A DNA stretch of 64,000 nt from Myxococcota bacterium (GTDB taxonomy: Bacteria; Myxococcota_A; UBA9160; UBA4427): assembly GCA_046583095.1 (NCBI GenBank), contig JAYGDB010000143.1, positions 2,937 through 66,936 of the forward strand, written 5' to 3'. Below are positions 27,452 through 38,064 of the stretch, one piece after another. Position numbers and translations under genes: made by a program. The notes beneath the pieces were generated by a model. The model searched no databases. It saw nothing but the letters and a program-made list of their open reading frames with translations, and was not told the DNA's origin. The stretch's first letter is position 1, and each line of letters opens with the position of its first letter.

Positions 27452-28658
27452 AGCGCGCCTCTCTCCTGCGGATGTTCGACTGCACGACGAAGTGGTCGAT
27501 GAGCGGCGCGAACATGTTCATGAAGAGAATCGACAGCATCATTCCCTCAGGATAGGCCGGGTTCACGACGCGGATCAGGATGCACATCACGCCGATCCCG
27601 ATCCCGTAGCCCCACTTGCCGGGGTTCGAGAAGGCCGACGACACCGGGTCGGTTGCCATGAACACCATCCCGAACGCCCAGCCGCCCAACACGAAGTGCC
27701 AGTAGAACGGAACCGCGAAGAACGGATTCGTGTCGGAGCCCGCAAGATTCAGCAGCAAGACCATCGCGACGGTTCCCAGGGTAACCCCCGCCATGGTTCG
27801 CCACGAAGCGATGCGCGTGACGAGCAGGAACGCAGCACCGAGCAGGCACGCCAACGCCGAGGTCTCGCCCATCGAGCCCGCGATGCGCCCGAAGAACGCC
27901 TGCGACCAACTCGCGGCATCCAGTACGCCGGGCGTGACCGCAGCCTGCGCGAGCCAGGTAGCACCGGCGAACGAGTCGACGCCGCTGAAGTCGGCGGCGA
28001 TCCAGGGCGCGTCTCCGCTCATGAAGGCCGGGTAGGCGAAGAAGAGAAAGGCACGGCCGACGAGCGCGGGATTCAGGAAGTTCATCCCGGTGCCCCCGAA
28101 CACCTCTTTGCCAAAGACGATCCCGAAGACGATGCCCAGGACGACCATCCAGAGCGGAATCGTGGGCGGCAGCGTGAGGGGCAGCAGCATGCCGCTCACG
28201 AGGAAGCCCTCGTTGATCTCGTGGCCCCGGATCACGGCCGAAGTCATTTCGACGGCTCCGCCGGCCAGCATCGTCGTAATCAGGACCGGCAGGTAGTAGA
28301 GGGCGCCGTGGATGAAGCAGAGCAGCGGGTGGGTGTTCGTGAACGAGAAACCGGCCTGGGTGAGCAGCCACGTCTGCCAGGAGTCGAGCGGGACCGCGCC
28401 GCTCGCGATCGCGAACTGGGCCTGGTAGCCCGAGTTGTACATCGCCCACAGGATGCAGGGCACGAGCGCGATGACGACGCTGAACATCATCCGCTTCAGA
28501 TCCATCCCGTCGCGCACGTGGGCGGCCGTCTGCGTCACCTCCCCGGGCGTGTAGAGGATGGTGTCCTGCATCTCGTAGAGGGCGTAGAACTTCTCGAACC
28601 TCCCGCCTTCTTCGAACAGAGGCTTGAGCTTGTCGAGCGCTTCGCGGATCGGATCCAT
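27441..28658 (-). CDS. nqrB: Na+-NQR subunit B
   Basis: C-terminal 405 aa of ORF 27441-30200, starting [16 protein letters not shown]. Polytopic, with an SGAT-type FMN site region. ATGA overlap with the nqrA stop. Confidence 0.93.
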   Translation of the reverse strand: MDPIREALDKLKPLFEEGGRFEKFYALYEMQDTILYTPGEVTQTAAHVRDGMDLKRMMFSVVIALVPCILWAMYNSGYQAQFAIASGAVPLDSWQTWLLTQAGFSFTNTHPLLCFIHGALYYLPVLITTMLAGGAVEMTSAVIRGHEINEGFLVSGMLLPLTLPPTIPLWMVVLGIVFGIVFGKEVFGGTGMNFLNPALVGRAFLFFAYPAFMSGDAPWIAADFSGVDSFAGATWLAQAAVTPGVLDAASWSQAFFGRIAGSMGETSALACLLGAAFLLVTRIASWRTMAGVTLGTVAMVLLLNLAGSDTNPFFAVPFYWHFVLGGWAFGMVFMATDPVSSAFSNPGKWGYGIGIGVMCILIRVVNPAYPEGMMLSILFMNMFAPLIDHFVVQSNIRRREARCAA

Positions 28659-30040
28659 CAGCCCTCGTTTTCCAGGATCTCGAGATTCGCGCGCAGGATC
28701 GGGCCGTAGTTCGTCTTGCCCGGGCACACGAAGGTACAGAGAGCAAGGTCTTCCTCGTCGAGTTCGAGGGCCCCGAGCTTCTCGGCCTGCTCCGTGTCTG
28801 CCACGATCAGGGATCGCAGCAAGAAGGTCGGCAGGATATCGAGGGGCATGATCTCCTCGTACATGCCGATCGGCACCATCGTCCGGGGCGACCCGTTCGT
28901 CGCCGTCGAGAAGGCGAAGCGCTTGTTCGAGAAGAGCTTCGAGAGATAGATGGGGAAGACCGAGAACGCCCCGAGTCCCGGCGTGAGCCAGCCGAGCAAG
29001 GTCCGCTCCCGTCCTTCTCGCAGCACGCTCAACTGGCGGTCGTAGCGGCCGAGAAAACCGAAGACATCGCCCATCGCCTTCTTGCCGGAGAGAACCGAGC
29101 CGGCGATCAGCCGGACCTCCTCCTCGCCACTCCAGTCCTCGCCCACCACGTCCTGGGTCTCCGCGCCGCGACGGGTCCGGACGAGACGGGGATCCGAGAC
29201 GGGAGGACCCCCGACGGCCGCGATGCGCTCGACGTCGAGCTTCCCGGTGGCGAAGAGCGCACCGATCGCGATGACGTCCGGATAGCCGACGTGCCAGACG
29301 CTCTTGCCGCGACTCACCGGCTCGAGGGTGTGGATGTGGAGACCGACGGTTCCGGACGGATGAGGGCCAGCGAAGTGCTCGACCTGGACGGGCGCCGTGA
29401 GGGCCCTCTCGATCCCCGAGTCCGGGCCAACGCACAGGTAGGTGACGCCCGGCGTCAACTTCGACAGCACGTGAAGGCCGCGGTCGAAGTCCGCCTCGCG
29501 TCCGGCGAGCACGATCTCGGGCAGCGGCGCCAGCGGGTTCGTGTCCATGGCCGTCACGAACAAGGCGGCGGCCTCCGCATCGACTGCGGGCACCTTGCTG
29601 TAGGGACGGGTGCGGAGCGCCGTCCACTCGCCGGACTCGATCAGCAACGCCCGGACCTCGTCTGCGGAGAGGCTCTCGGCCGGCTTGCCCGTATAGCTCT
29701 CGAACGAGACGACCTCTGAATCCACGACCTCGCCGGAACGTTCGGCCGGCGAGAGATCGATCACGATCGATTGCAGCACGCGTCGGGCGCCGCGGTTCAC
29801 GCCGATCACTCGGCCGGCTCCGGCGGCGGTGTGCAGGACCCCGGGGTTCTTGCGGTCCTCGAAGAGCACCTGGCCGCGCTTGACGTTCTCGCCCTCCTTG
29901 ACGCGCATGCCCGGCTTCATGCCCGGGAAATCGTCGGCCATCAAGGCGATGCGCTGGGGCCGAACCTCCTCCCGCACGACCTGGATCGGCGCGCCCTCGA
30001 TCGGAAGGTCGAGTCCCTTGTGGATCTTGTGAAGAGCCAT
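28658..30040 (-). CDS. nqrA: Na+-NQR subunit A
   Basis: [19 protein letters not shown]-terminus typical of NqrA. 460 aa. Confidence 0.93.
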   Translation of the reverse strand: MALHKIHKGLDLPIEGAPIQVVREEVRPQRIALMADDFPGMKPGMRVKEGENVKRGQVLFEDRKNPGVLHTAAGAGRVIGVNRGARRVLQSIVIDLSPAERSGEVVDSEVVSFESYTGKPAESLSADEVRALLIESGEWTALRTRPYSKVPAVDAEAAALFVTAMDTNPLAPLPEIVLAGREADFDRGLHVLSKLTPGVTYLCVGPDSGIERALTAPVQVEHFAGPHPSGTVGLHIHTLEPVSRGKSVWHVGYPDVIAIGALFATGKLDVERIAAVGGPPVSDPRLVRTRRGAETQDVVGEDWSGEEEVRLIAGSVLSGKKAMGDVFGFLGRYDRQLSVLREGRERTLLGWLTPGLGAFSVFPIYLSKLFSNKRFAFSTATNGSPRTMVPIGMYEEIMPLDILPTFLLRSLIVADTEQAEKLGALELDEEDLALCTFVCPGKTNYGPILRANLEILENEG

Positions 30041-30328
30041 CTGAATTGTTTCTCGACTTCTCTCTTCGAGTTTGTGGTGGAGACTCTCGTCCGGACGGCC
30101 GCGCGAACTCGATTCTGTCGCACACCGGTCGCGCGCGTCGAAGCGCGTGGGGGCCCGCAGGCGGCCGCCAGAGAGTAGGCGCACCCCGGCAATCCGACAA
30201 CGCATCTCCGCAGCGAGAATCGAGATTCCGAGAGGACGCACGGGCCGTTTCAAAACTTCGTCTTGGCCGGGGTCGCGTCGAAGACGTACATTGGGAGGTG
30301 GGAGGGCAAGGAGCGGACAGGAGACAGC

Positions 30329-30787
30329 ATGACCGACCCTCACCACGTTCTGACGGCCCGTGATGTGATGACGCAGTCGCTCATCACTCTGACCCCCGAG
30401 ACCAGCATCTACGACGCCATCCGCAAGCTGGTCTCCCGGAGCATCTCGGGGGCCCCGGTGCTGGACCGCGATCGGAAGATGGTCGGGGTGCTCTCGGAGC
30501 TCGATTGCCTCGGCGTCCTCGCCTCCGATCAGTTCCACACCGAAGATCACATCGCCTCGGTCTCCGAGTACATGTCGACCGAGTTCGAGACGATCAGCCC
30601 CGACACGGACATCTACACCCTGGCGATGTACTTTCGAGACAAGCCCGTGCGCCGCTTCCCCGTGGTCGATCCGAGCGGCGAACTGGTGGGCCAGGTCAGC
30701 CGTCGAGACGTCCTCAAGGGCATCGAAGAAATCCGCAAGCAGAAGACGCAGAGAAAGCGCTACCCCGACTACCGCGAACCCACTTGA
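30329..30787 (+). CDS. CBS-pair domain protein
   Basis: Two CBS repeats (VMTQSLITL... and [12 protein letters not shown]...). ATG preceded by a purine-rich SD tract. Confidence 0.85.
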   Translation: MTDPHHVLTARDVMTQSLITLTPETSIYDAIRKLVSRSISGAPVLDRDRKMVGVLSELDCLGVLASDQFHTEDHIASVSEYMSTEFETISPDTDIYTLAMYFRDKPVRRFPVVDPSGELVGQVSRRDVLKGIEEIRKQKTQRKRYPDYREPT

Positions 30788-30845
30788 TCTTGGCGACGCG
30801 ACCTAGAGCGCCCACACACCCCGCAATCCGGAACCCGGAGGACGA

Positions 30846-33449
30846 ATGCACTGCGTGATGGTCTCCCACACCCACTGGGACCGGGAGTGGTACCGGACCT
30901 TCCAGTCCTTTCGGGCGAGGCTGGTCGACACCGTCGACCGGGTGCTGGATCTCGTCCGAGACGATTCCGGCTTCCACTTCCAGCTCGACGGCCAGACGAT
31001 CGTGCTCGAGGACTACCTGGCCGTTCGTCCGGAGCGGCGGGACGAGCTTGCCGCGGCCGTCGATGCCGGCCGGATCGCCATCGGCCCCTGGTACGTGCAG
31101 CCAGACTCCTTCCTGCCCTCGGGCGAGGCTCATGTTCGAAACCTGCTCGAAGGCCGGCGGGTCGCCAGCGCGTACGGCCGCTGTGAGAGCGTCGCGTATA
31201 CGCCGGACTCGTTCGGACACCCCGCCCAGTTCCCCCAGATCTTCGCCGGCTTCGGCCTGGGCCCCTTCATCTATTGGCGCGGCAACGGGAACGAGATTGC
31301 CGAGCTTCCCGCCGAGTACCGTTGGCTGGCTCCGGACGGCAGTGAGGTCATCGCCTGCCATCTCGGCCAGGGCTACTTCAACGCAAACGGTCTTCCGGAC
31401 GACGTCGGCGAGGCCGCCGAGCGACTGCAGAAAGTCAGCGAGAGCCTTGCGGAACGGGCGCCCCGGGACTGCGTGCTGCTGATGAACGGCGTCGACCACA
31501 TGCTCCCGGACACGAACACCCGCGAGGTGAGCGAAGCGCTCGCCAAGCAGACGGGCTGGGTGGTGCAGCGCGGCCTGCTCGGCGACTACAGCCGTGACGT
31601 GTCCGTGGGCGACGGGCCGCACGCGCGCTTCGAGGGGGAGCTGTGCGGAGGCCGCGTCGCGAACCTGCTTCCGGGCGTCTGGTCGACCCGCACCTATCTC
31701 AAGCTTCGCAACCGCCTGTGCGAGAGCACGCTCGAGGGGTGGGCCGAGCCGTGGAGTGTGATCGGGCAACATCTCGGAACGCCGCCCGAGCAGGCCTCCC
31801 TACGGATCGCCTGGCGGGAACTGCTCGCCAACCAGGCCCACGACTCGATCTGCGGCTGCTCCCAGGACGCAGTGCACGACCAGATGCTGGCGCGCTACGA
31901 CGTCGCCGAAGAACTTGCCCGAGAGACCACCCAGCGTTCGCTCGAGCGGATCGCCGGACTCGGCGCCGATCGCCAGATCCGCACACGCGATCTCGATACG
32001 GGTCGTCGCAGGCGCAGCGTTTCCATCGCGGTATTCAACCCATCGCCCCACCCGCGAACCGAAGTCGTGCGGCTTCCCCTCGACGGCTTTCCCTCGAACA
32101 GCGCCCAAGGCGTGAACCCGCTTCTCTCGAAGAACCACCAGGCGCAGGGCTTCACGATGAACGGCGATCCGGCCCGCTTGATTCGCGACGAGGGCAACGT
32201 GCGTCCGCTGCTGGCTCCCGACCAGCCCGTCTACGACATCGAGTTCATCGCACGCGACGTCCCCGGCTTCGGCTGGAGCCGCTTCGAGCTCGCCCGCTCC
32301 GACGCCTGGCCCGAACAAGAGGATGACGGCCGCGAGATCGGCAACGAGAGTCTTCGACTGCTCGCCGCCGACGACGGAACCCTGACCCTCGAGGCCGACG
32401 GACGCTCCTTCTCAGGCCTCGCAGCTCTCGAAGACACGGGTGATCGCGGCGACACCTACGACTACGACCCGGTGCCGGCCACCTCCGAAGCCCCCGAGCC
32501 AGGAGAGGAAGCACCTCGCATCACACGCTTCCGACATCCGGCCGGGATCGAGCGACTCGTGATCGAGCGCAGCCTGATCGTTCCGGAAGGACTCAGCGAG
32601 GACCGCCGAACCCGAGCAAACACGACTGTCAGCCTCCCGGTTCGCATCGAGGCGCGCGTCGCAGCCGGCGTGCCGCGCGTCGACCTCGATCTGCGCATCG
32701 AGAATCGGGCACGGGATCACCGGCTGCGAATCCTGTTCCCCACTGGCAGCCGATCCGGCTCGGGCCGGGCCGGCACCACCTTCGACGCAACGCCGAGGCA
32801 GTGCGGGCGGCCCGATGACAGCGACTGGATCCACCCCGCCCCAGACACGTTTCCGATGCTCGCCTGGGCGGCGAAAGACGGTCTCAACGTCTTCGCCCCC
32901 GGGCTCAACGAGGCGGAGATCACGCCCGAAGGTGCGCTCGCCCTGACCCTGCTGCGCGCGACGGGCTGGCTCTCACGTCCGGATCTCGCGACACGACCGG
33001 GAGATGCCGGTCCCGCGCTCGTCACTCCGGGCGCCCAGTGTCTGGGCCCGCTGCGGCTGCGACTCTCCCTCGGAGTCGGCGACCCCGAGCTAGCCCCGGG
33101 CCAGGCGCGCGACGCGGAGCTCGGACTGTCGGCCGTCGCGGCGGGCGACGAACCCCTGTGGCCCGCAGCGACGCCACTCCTCGAACTGGCCCCGCGCGAA
33201 CTGGTCCTGTCGGCGTGGAAGCCCGCCGAGTCCGGCGACGGAAGCGTGCTGCGCGTCCTGAACCCGACGGACCGCGACCGAAAGGCGCTTCTCTCTTTCG
33301 GAAGCTCCTGTCGCGGCGCGAGGTGCGTCCGGCTCGACGAGACACGCGTAGAGCCGGAAGTGAACGAGGCACTCGAGATCGTCGGAGACACTGCGATCGC
33401 GCTCGAGGTCCCGGCTCACGCCCTGCGCTCGATCTGGCTTCCCGGATAG
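30846..33449 (+). CDS. GH38 alpha-mannosidase/mannosylglycerate-hydrolase-like
   Basis: VSHTHWDREW N-terminal GH38 signature. 867 aa. Confidence 0.88.
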   Translation: MHCVMVSHTHWDREWYRTFQSFRARLVDTVDRVLDLVRDDSGFHFQLDGQTIVLEDYLAVRPERRDELAAAVDAGRIAIGPWYVQPDSFLPSGEAHVRNLLEGRRVASAYGRCESVAYTPDSFGHPAQFPQIFAGFGLGPFIYWRGNGNEIAELPAEYRWLAPDGSEVIACHLGQGYFNANGLPDDVGEAAERLQKVSESLAERAPRDCVLLMNGVDHMLPDTNTREVSEALAKQTGWVVQRGLLGDYSRDVSVGDGPHARFEGELCGGRVANLLPGVWSTRTYLKLRNRLCESTLEGWAEPWSVIGQHLGTPPEQASLRIAWRELLANQAHDSICGCSQDAVHDQMLARYDVAEELARETTQRSLERIAGLGADRQIRTRDLDTGRRRRSVSIAVFNPSPHPRTEVVRLPLDGFPSNSAQGVNPLLSKNHQAQGFTMNGDPARLIRDEGNVRPLLAPDQPVYDIEFIARDVPGFGWSRFELARSDAWPEQEDDGREIGNESLRLLAADDGTLTLEADGRSFSGLAALEDTGDRGDTYDYDPVPATSEAPEPGEEAPRITRFRHPAGIERLVIERSLIVPEGLSEDRRTRANTTVSLPVRIEARVAAGVPRVDLDLRIENRARDHRLRILFPTGSRSGSGRAGTTFDATPRQCGRPDDSDWIHPAPDTFPMLAWAAKDGLNVFAPGLNEAEITPEGALALTLLRATGWLSRPDLATRPGDAGPALVTPGAQCLGPLRLRLSLGVGDPELAPGQARDAELGLSAVAAGDEPLWPAATPLLELAPRELVLSAWKPAESGDGSVLRVLNPTDRDRKALLSFGSSCRGARCVRLDETRVEPEVNEALEIVGDTAIALEVPAHALRSIWLPG

Positions 33450-33481
33450 CAGCGCAATCCAGAGCGCCAAGGCCCTCGGTG

Positions 33482-34177
33482 CTACCGCGATGCGCCCGCG
33501 GGCTCCTCCCGGATCTCGGCCCGCTCGATGATGACGGGCCATCGAGGCTTTCCGTCCTTGGCTCCCACTCCCTCCATCAGGCGCAAGGTCCCGAAACCCT
33601 CGACGACCTTTCCGAAGACCGTGTGCTTGCCGTCCAGATGCTCGGCCGCCTTGAAGAGGATGAAGAACTGGCTGCCATCGGTGCGGGGTCCGGCGTTCGC
33701 ACTGCTGACGAAACCTCGCTCGCTATGCCCTGGGGCCTTGCGGGCGAACTCGCCCGCGTAGCGAAAGCCCGGGCCGCCGGTCCCGGTGCCGATCGGGTCG
33801 CCACCCTGAGCCATGAAGCCCGGAATAATCCGGTGGAAGAGCAGCCCGTCGTAGAAGCCCAGGCGCGTCAGGTAGAGGGTCGTGCCCACGTGCCGCGGTG
33901 CGAAGCGTGGCAGCAGTTCGATCTTCATGCGGCCCTCGCTGGTGAACAGCATCCAGTAGTACTTGCTGTCCGGCGGAAACGCGACGGGCGCAGGGCGCGG
34001 CACCCTCAGCTTCCAATCCGGCTGCGTGGTGTCGACCGGGTGCGCCTCGATCAGAGCATCGATCGCCGACAGCGCCGACGGGATCGATTCGCGAGGCCGG
34101 GACGACTTGCTCGCGCAGCCGAAACTCGCCGTCACCACCACGAGTCCGAGGGCAACGAGCGGGAAGCGGCACGACAT
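33482..34177 (-). CDS. cyclophilin-type peptidyl-prolyl isomerase, lipoprotein
   Basis: Lipobox TASFGC. FHRIIPGFMAQGGDP and SMAN-like motifs. Confidence 0.9.
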   Translation of the reverse strand: MSCRFPLVALGLVVVTASFGCASKSSRPRESIPSALSAIDALIEAHPVDTTQPDWKLRVPRPAPVAFPPDSKYYWMLFTSEGRMKIELLPRFAPRHVGTTLYLTRLGFYDGLLFHRIIPGFMAQGGDPIGTGTGGPGFRYAGEFARKAPGHSERGFVSSANAGPRTDGSQFFILFKAAEHLDGKHTVFGKVVEGFGTLRLMEGVGAKDGKPRWPVIIERAEIREEPAGASR

Positions 34178-34237
34178 GCGTGGATTCTCGTCCGGACACG
34201 CCTGGGTGGCAACTCTTCCACGCTATGCTCGGCGCCC

Positions 34238-35035
34238 GTGAGTGACTTGCATCCCATCGAAGCCTCAGAGATCCACGCACGCCGGGAGCGGGTCTTCCTG
34301 GTGCTGGCGGGCCTGTTCCTCGGTTCGATGACGATGCTGAACATCCTCGGGGTGTCGCGTTTCATCGACCTGTCCTTCGAGATCTTCGGATTGAGGATCC
34401 CGATGGCCCTGGCTATCGGCGTACTCCCCTACCCGATCACGTTCCTCTGCACCGACTTCATCGGCGAGTTGTACGGTAGGAAGCGGGCGGGTTTCGTCGT
34501 GTGGGTGGGACTCGGGCTGAACCTCTGGGTCGTTGCGTTCTTGTGGCTCGGCGGCGTCCTGCCCCCCGATCCCCTGATCGACCCCAGCACGGGCCTGCCG
34601 CCGTTGGACGCCTACGACTATCCCTTCTACCGCGTCCGGATGCTGACGATGGGCGCCGTGGTCGCCTCGATGATCGCCTACCAGGCCGCACAGATGTGTG
34701 ACGTCACCCTGTTCCACTTCTGGAAGCAACTCACCCGCGGACGCCACCTGTGGCTGCGCAACAACGGCTCGACGGTCGTCAGCCAGTTCGTGGACACGTT
34801 CGCGGTCATCACGATCACCCACTACTGGGCGCGGGGTCTCCCGATCGACGAGAACCTGGCCATCTGGCCGCAGCTCTGGGTCTTCATCGGCTCGGCCTAT
34901 GTCTTCAAGCTCGTGGTGGCGCTCCTCGACACCCTGCCCTTCTACCTCGGGGTGCGCTGGCTGAGCGAATACTTGCAGATCGACCCCATGCAAGAGCACG
35001 CCGCCGACGTCGAAGCGCTCGCCCTCGACGACTGA
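34238..35035 (+). CDS. yhhQ: queuosine-precursor transporter (YhhQ/DUF165, VUT family)
   Basis: LPYPITFLCTDFIGELYGRKRA and the RNNGSTVVSQFVDT motif. GTG start 34238. Confidence 0.85.
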   Translation: MSDLHPIEASEIHARRERVFLVLAGLFLGSMTMLNILGVSRFIDLSFEIFGLRIPMALAIGVLPYPITFLCTDFIGELYGRKRAGFVVWVGLGLNLWVVAFLWLGGVLPPDPLIDPSTGLPPLDAYDYPFYRVRMLTMGAVVASMIAYQAAQMCDVTLFHFWKQLTRGRHLWLRNNGSTVVSQFVDTFAVITITHYWARGLPIDENLAIWPQLWVFIGSAYVFKLVVALLDTLPFYLGVRWLSEYLQIDPMQEHAADVEALALDD

Positions 35036-35041
35036 GCCGCT

Positions 35042-35527
35042 TCAAGGCTTCCAATCACAGAGGCGGACGCGATCCCGAGGCGGATTCTGGAACCCCTCAC
35101 CCGGCTTCCAGCCGCTCTCCTTCATGACCTCGAGCATGTGGATCATGTTGATGAGATCCTGCTCGTAGTCGAACTTGCCGTCACCGACGTAATGGAGACG
35201 CGACATCCCGGGCGCCTGGTAGTACGTGCCATCCGGGCGCCGGCCAGGCAGCCGATTTTGCCAGCCGGTGAGGAGGTAATCCCCATCGACGGCCATCCAT
35301 TCCAGCGGAAACTTCCAGGCCTCCAGTCCTCTCATGCTGTCCTGGAGAAACTTCACGATGTTGTCGATCCCATCCACGCGACCCCAGGCGGGATCCACGA
35401 AGACCGCGTCCTCGGTAAAGTGGTCTCGCATCTGGTCCCACCACAGTTCGCCCGCGTCGATGCGCTCCCGCGTCTGTTTGTAAGACTCGTAGGCCTCGAG
35501 AAGCTCGTCGTGCGTGAATCGTCCCAT
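35042..35527 (-). CDS. SnoaL/NTF2-like fold protein
   Basis: 161 aa. Start at ATG 35527 with GGAGGAG upstream. Composition and length are typical of NTF2-like proteins. The family call is tentative. Confidence 0.6.
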   Translation of the reverse strand: MGRFTHDELLEAYESYKQTRERIDAGELWWDQMRDHFTEDAVFVDPAWGRVDGIDNIVKFLQDSMRGLEAWKFPLEWMAVDGDYLLTGWQNRLPGRRPDGTYYQAPGMSRLHYVGDGKFDYEQDLINMIHMLEVMKESGWKPGEGFQNPPRDRVRLCDWKP

Positions 35528-35645
35528 CGGCTGATCTCCTCCTTGGCTCGATGATACCCGGAGCCGAGTCCGCGGGCGGACTCCGAATGACGTAGGATTG
35601 CGTCGTCTCGGGCTTTCGAACCCGTCCCGCCGCGGAGAAGAACGC

Positions 35646-36917
35646 ATGTCGAGCCTCCCCGAGGAGATCCGGATCGACGACTTGGCCGCGCCGACCCTCT
35701 CGCCGCTGCAACAAGCCGCGCGCGACGGCGCCGAGCAGAGCCCCGTCGACCTGACGATGGATGGCATCCTCGACGCCGCCCGAGAGCAGACGGGACTCTC
35801 GGATTTCGGCCCCGACGATTTCCGCGAGCGCCTGGCGGTGTGGCTCCAGAGCTTCAACGAAGACGACAACCTCAGCGCAGTCGGCCGAGTGGGCGCGTTC
35901 CGGGACTGCCTGCGCTACGCGGTCGCACGTCTTCGTATCGAGGACTTCGTGACCCGCAATCCGGGCGTCCACGACATAGAGATCAAGCAGCCGATCATCG
36001 TCGTCGGCCTGCCGCGCTCGGGCACGACCCACCTCTTGAACCTGATTGCCGCCGACTCCCGGCTGCGCTCCATGCCCTACTGGGAAAGCCTCGAACCGGT
36101 TCCGGTGCACGGCGAGACCGCTGGCGGAGACGGCATCGACCCGCGGCTCGCCCGTTGCCGAAAGGGCTACGAGATGCAGGTGCAGCTCATGCCCCTGCTC
36201 AAGAACATGCACGACATGTCGCCCGAGCACGTGCACGAGGAGATCGAGTTGATGGGGCCGGACTTCTCGGCCTACATGATCGAGTGGGTCACCTACGTGC
36301 CGCGCTGGCGCGACTACTACCTCGCCCACGACCAGCGGCCCCACTACGCCTACATGAAGCGTGCCCTGCAAGTGCTCCAGTACCAGCGAGGGCCGGATCG
36401 CTGGATCCTGAAATCACCCCAGCACCTCGAGCAGCTCGGTCCCCTGATCGAGACCTTCCCCGACGCGACCATCGCCTTTACGCACCGTGATCCCGTGTCG
36501 GTGGTGACCTCGGCGATCACCATGCTCTCGTACGGCGATCGCATGCGGTCGCAGACGCCCGACCTGAAGCGCATCGCCGACTACTGGATCGACCGGATCG
36601 AACACCTGCTGCGGCGCTGCGTCGAAGACCGTCAGCTGATCCCGGAATCCCAGAGCATCGACGTCCTGTTTCACGAGTTCATGCGGGACGACATCGCGAT
36701 GGTCGAGCGCATCTACGACCTGGCCGAGCTTCCGATGACCGACGGCGCACGCGGCGAGCTCGACCGTTACATGGCCGGCAACCCCCGCGGTAAGCACGGG
36801 CGCATCGTCTACGACCTCGAGGGCGACTTCGGAATCGAGCCTCGAGCGCTGCGAGAACGCTTCTCCTTCTATTACGAGCGCTTTCCGGTCGAGCTGGAGA
36901 GCCGCGACTCAGCCTGA
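35646..36917 (+). CDS. sulfotransferase family protein (second copy, longer type)
   Basis: PAPS-binding loop VGLPRSGTTHLLNL. 423 aa. Confidence 0.83.
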   Translation: MSSLPEEIRIDDLAAPTLSPLQQAARDGAEQSPVDLTMDGILDAAREQTGLSDFGPDDFRERLAVWLQSFNEDDNLSAVGRVGAFRDCLRYAVARLRIEDFVTRNPGVHDIEIKQPIIVVGLPRSGTTHLLNLIAADSRLRSMPYWESLEPVPVHGETAGGDGIDPRLARCRKGYEMQVQLMPLLKNMHDMSPEHVHEEIELMGPDFSAYMIEWVTYVPRWRDYYLAHDQRPHYAYMKRALQVLQYQRGPDRWILKSPQHLEQLGPLIETFPDATIAFTHRDPVSVVTSAITMLSYGDRMRSQTPDLKRIADYWIDRIEHLLRRCVEDRQLIPESQSIDVLFHEFMRDDIAMVERIYDLAELPMTDGARGELDRYMAGNPRGKHGRIVYDLEGDFGIEPRALRERFSFYYERFPVELESRDSA

Positions 36918-36998
36918 AGAGGCTCTCGCGAGCACCCGTTCACGCCGGACCGCCTTCGAGTAGGCTGTCTCCCGCGGACTCTCCGCAGGAGGCAGAGC

Positions 36999-37994
36999 AT
37001 GCGAGTCGCAGTGATTGGCGCGGGATCCTGGGGCACGACGATGGCCGCCCAGTGCGCGATCAACGGTCCCACGATCCTCTGGGCCCGGCGTCCGGAGGTC
37101 GCAAAGGAGATCTCGGAAGATCGAACCAACCGGGCTTACCTGCCCGACCTCGACCTGCCACGAGGCCTCGAGGCAACCTCCGATCTCAAGGAAGCCGCCG
37201 AGCGGGCGGATGTCCTCGTCATGGCCGTCCCTTCTCACGGCTTCCGGAAGACTCTCGAGCAGGCTGCCCCTTTCGTTCGTCCGTGGGTGCCGGTCGTCAG
37301 CCTGACGAAGGGACTCGAGCAAGGTTCGATGCTCCGAATGACCCAGATCGTCGAGGAGCTGATGCCTGGACATCCGGCGGGAGTGCTCACCGGCCCGAAT
37401 CTCGCCAAGGAGATCGTCGGCGGACAAGCCGCGGCCAGCGTGATCGGGATGCAAGACCTGGTCGTCGCGGAAGCGCTCCAGACCGTGTTCGCGGGCGGAC
37501 TCTTCCGCGTTTACACCAACCACGACGTGATTGGCTGCGAGCTCGGCGGCGCGCTCAAGAACGTCGTCGCGATCGCAACCGGCATGGCCGAGGCGCTCAT
37601 GGTCGGCGACAACACCCGGGCCATGGTGGTCACACGCGGACTCGCGGAGTTGACGAGGCTCGGCGTGGCCATGGGTGGCGAGGCCGCGACCTTCGCGGGC
37701 CTCGCCGGGATCGGCGACCTGCTCGCCACCTGCATGAGTCCCCACAGCCGCAATCGCCAGGTCGGAGAGCAGCTCGGCAGGGGACGCAAGATCGAGGAGA
37801 TCACCACCGAGATGAACATGGTCGCCGAAGGCGTGAACACCTGTGCGGTGGTGATCGAACTCGCGAGGCAATACGACCTCGAGATGCCGATTGCGGAAGA
37901 GATGCACGCGGTGATCTACCAGGGACGCAGTGCCGCAGAGGCCTACCGGGGCCTGCGGAGGCGCAAGGCCCGCCATGAACGGGACAGCGGCTGA
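36999..37994 (+). CDS. gpsA: NAD(P)H-dependent glycerol-3-phosphate dehydrogenase
   Basis: MRVAVIGAGSWGT Rossmann N-terminus, GALKNV and NMVAEG motifs. Confidence 0.93.
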   Translation: MRVAVIGAGSWGTTMAAQCAINGPTILWARRPEVAKEISEDRTNRAYLPDLDLPRGLEATSDLKEAAERADVLVMAVPSHGFRKTLEQAAPFVRPWVPVVSLTKGLEQGSMLRMTQIVEELMPGHPAGVLTGPNLAKEIVGGQAAASVIGMQDLVVAEALQTVFAGGLFRVYTNHDVIGCELGGALKNVVAIATGMAEALMVGDNTRAMVVTRGLAELTRLGVAMGGEAATFAGLAGIGDLLATCMSPHSRNRQVGEQLGRGRKIEEITTEMNMVAEGVNTCAVVIELARQYDLEMPIAEEMHAVIYQGRSAAEAYRGLRRRKARHERDSG

Positions 37995-38064
37995 GCCGCG
38001 CAGCCCCCCAATCACCCGGAGCCGCCCGACTCCCCCGCTTCGCGGGTCCACCAGGAGACGATCC

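Noticed and set aside
30293-30323. G-run/purine tract (GGGAGGTGGGAGGGCAAGGAGCGGACAGGAG) upstream of the CBS gene as a G-quadruplex or regulatory element
   Set aside because: There are only three GGG runs plus GG pairs, so a canonical G4 is not supported. It is most simply a series of SD-like GGAG motifs preceding ATG 30329.
34178-34237. preQ1 riboswitch upstream of the YhhQ-type queuosine-precursor transporter
   Set aside because: The 60-nt spacer is GC-rich. It has no small hairpin followed by the A-rich tail characteristic of preQ1-I, and no recognisable preQ1-II/III features.
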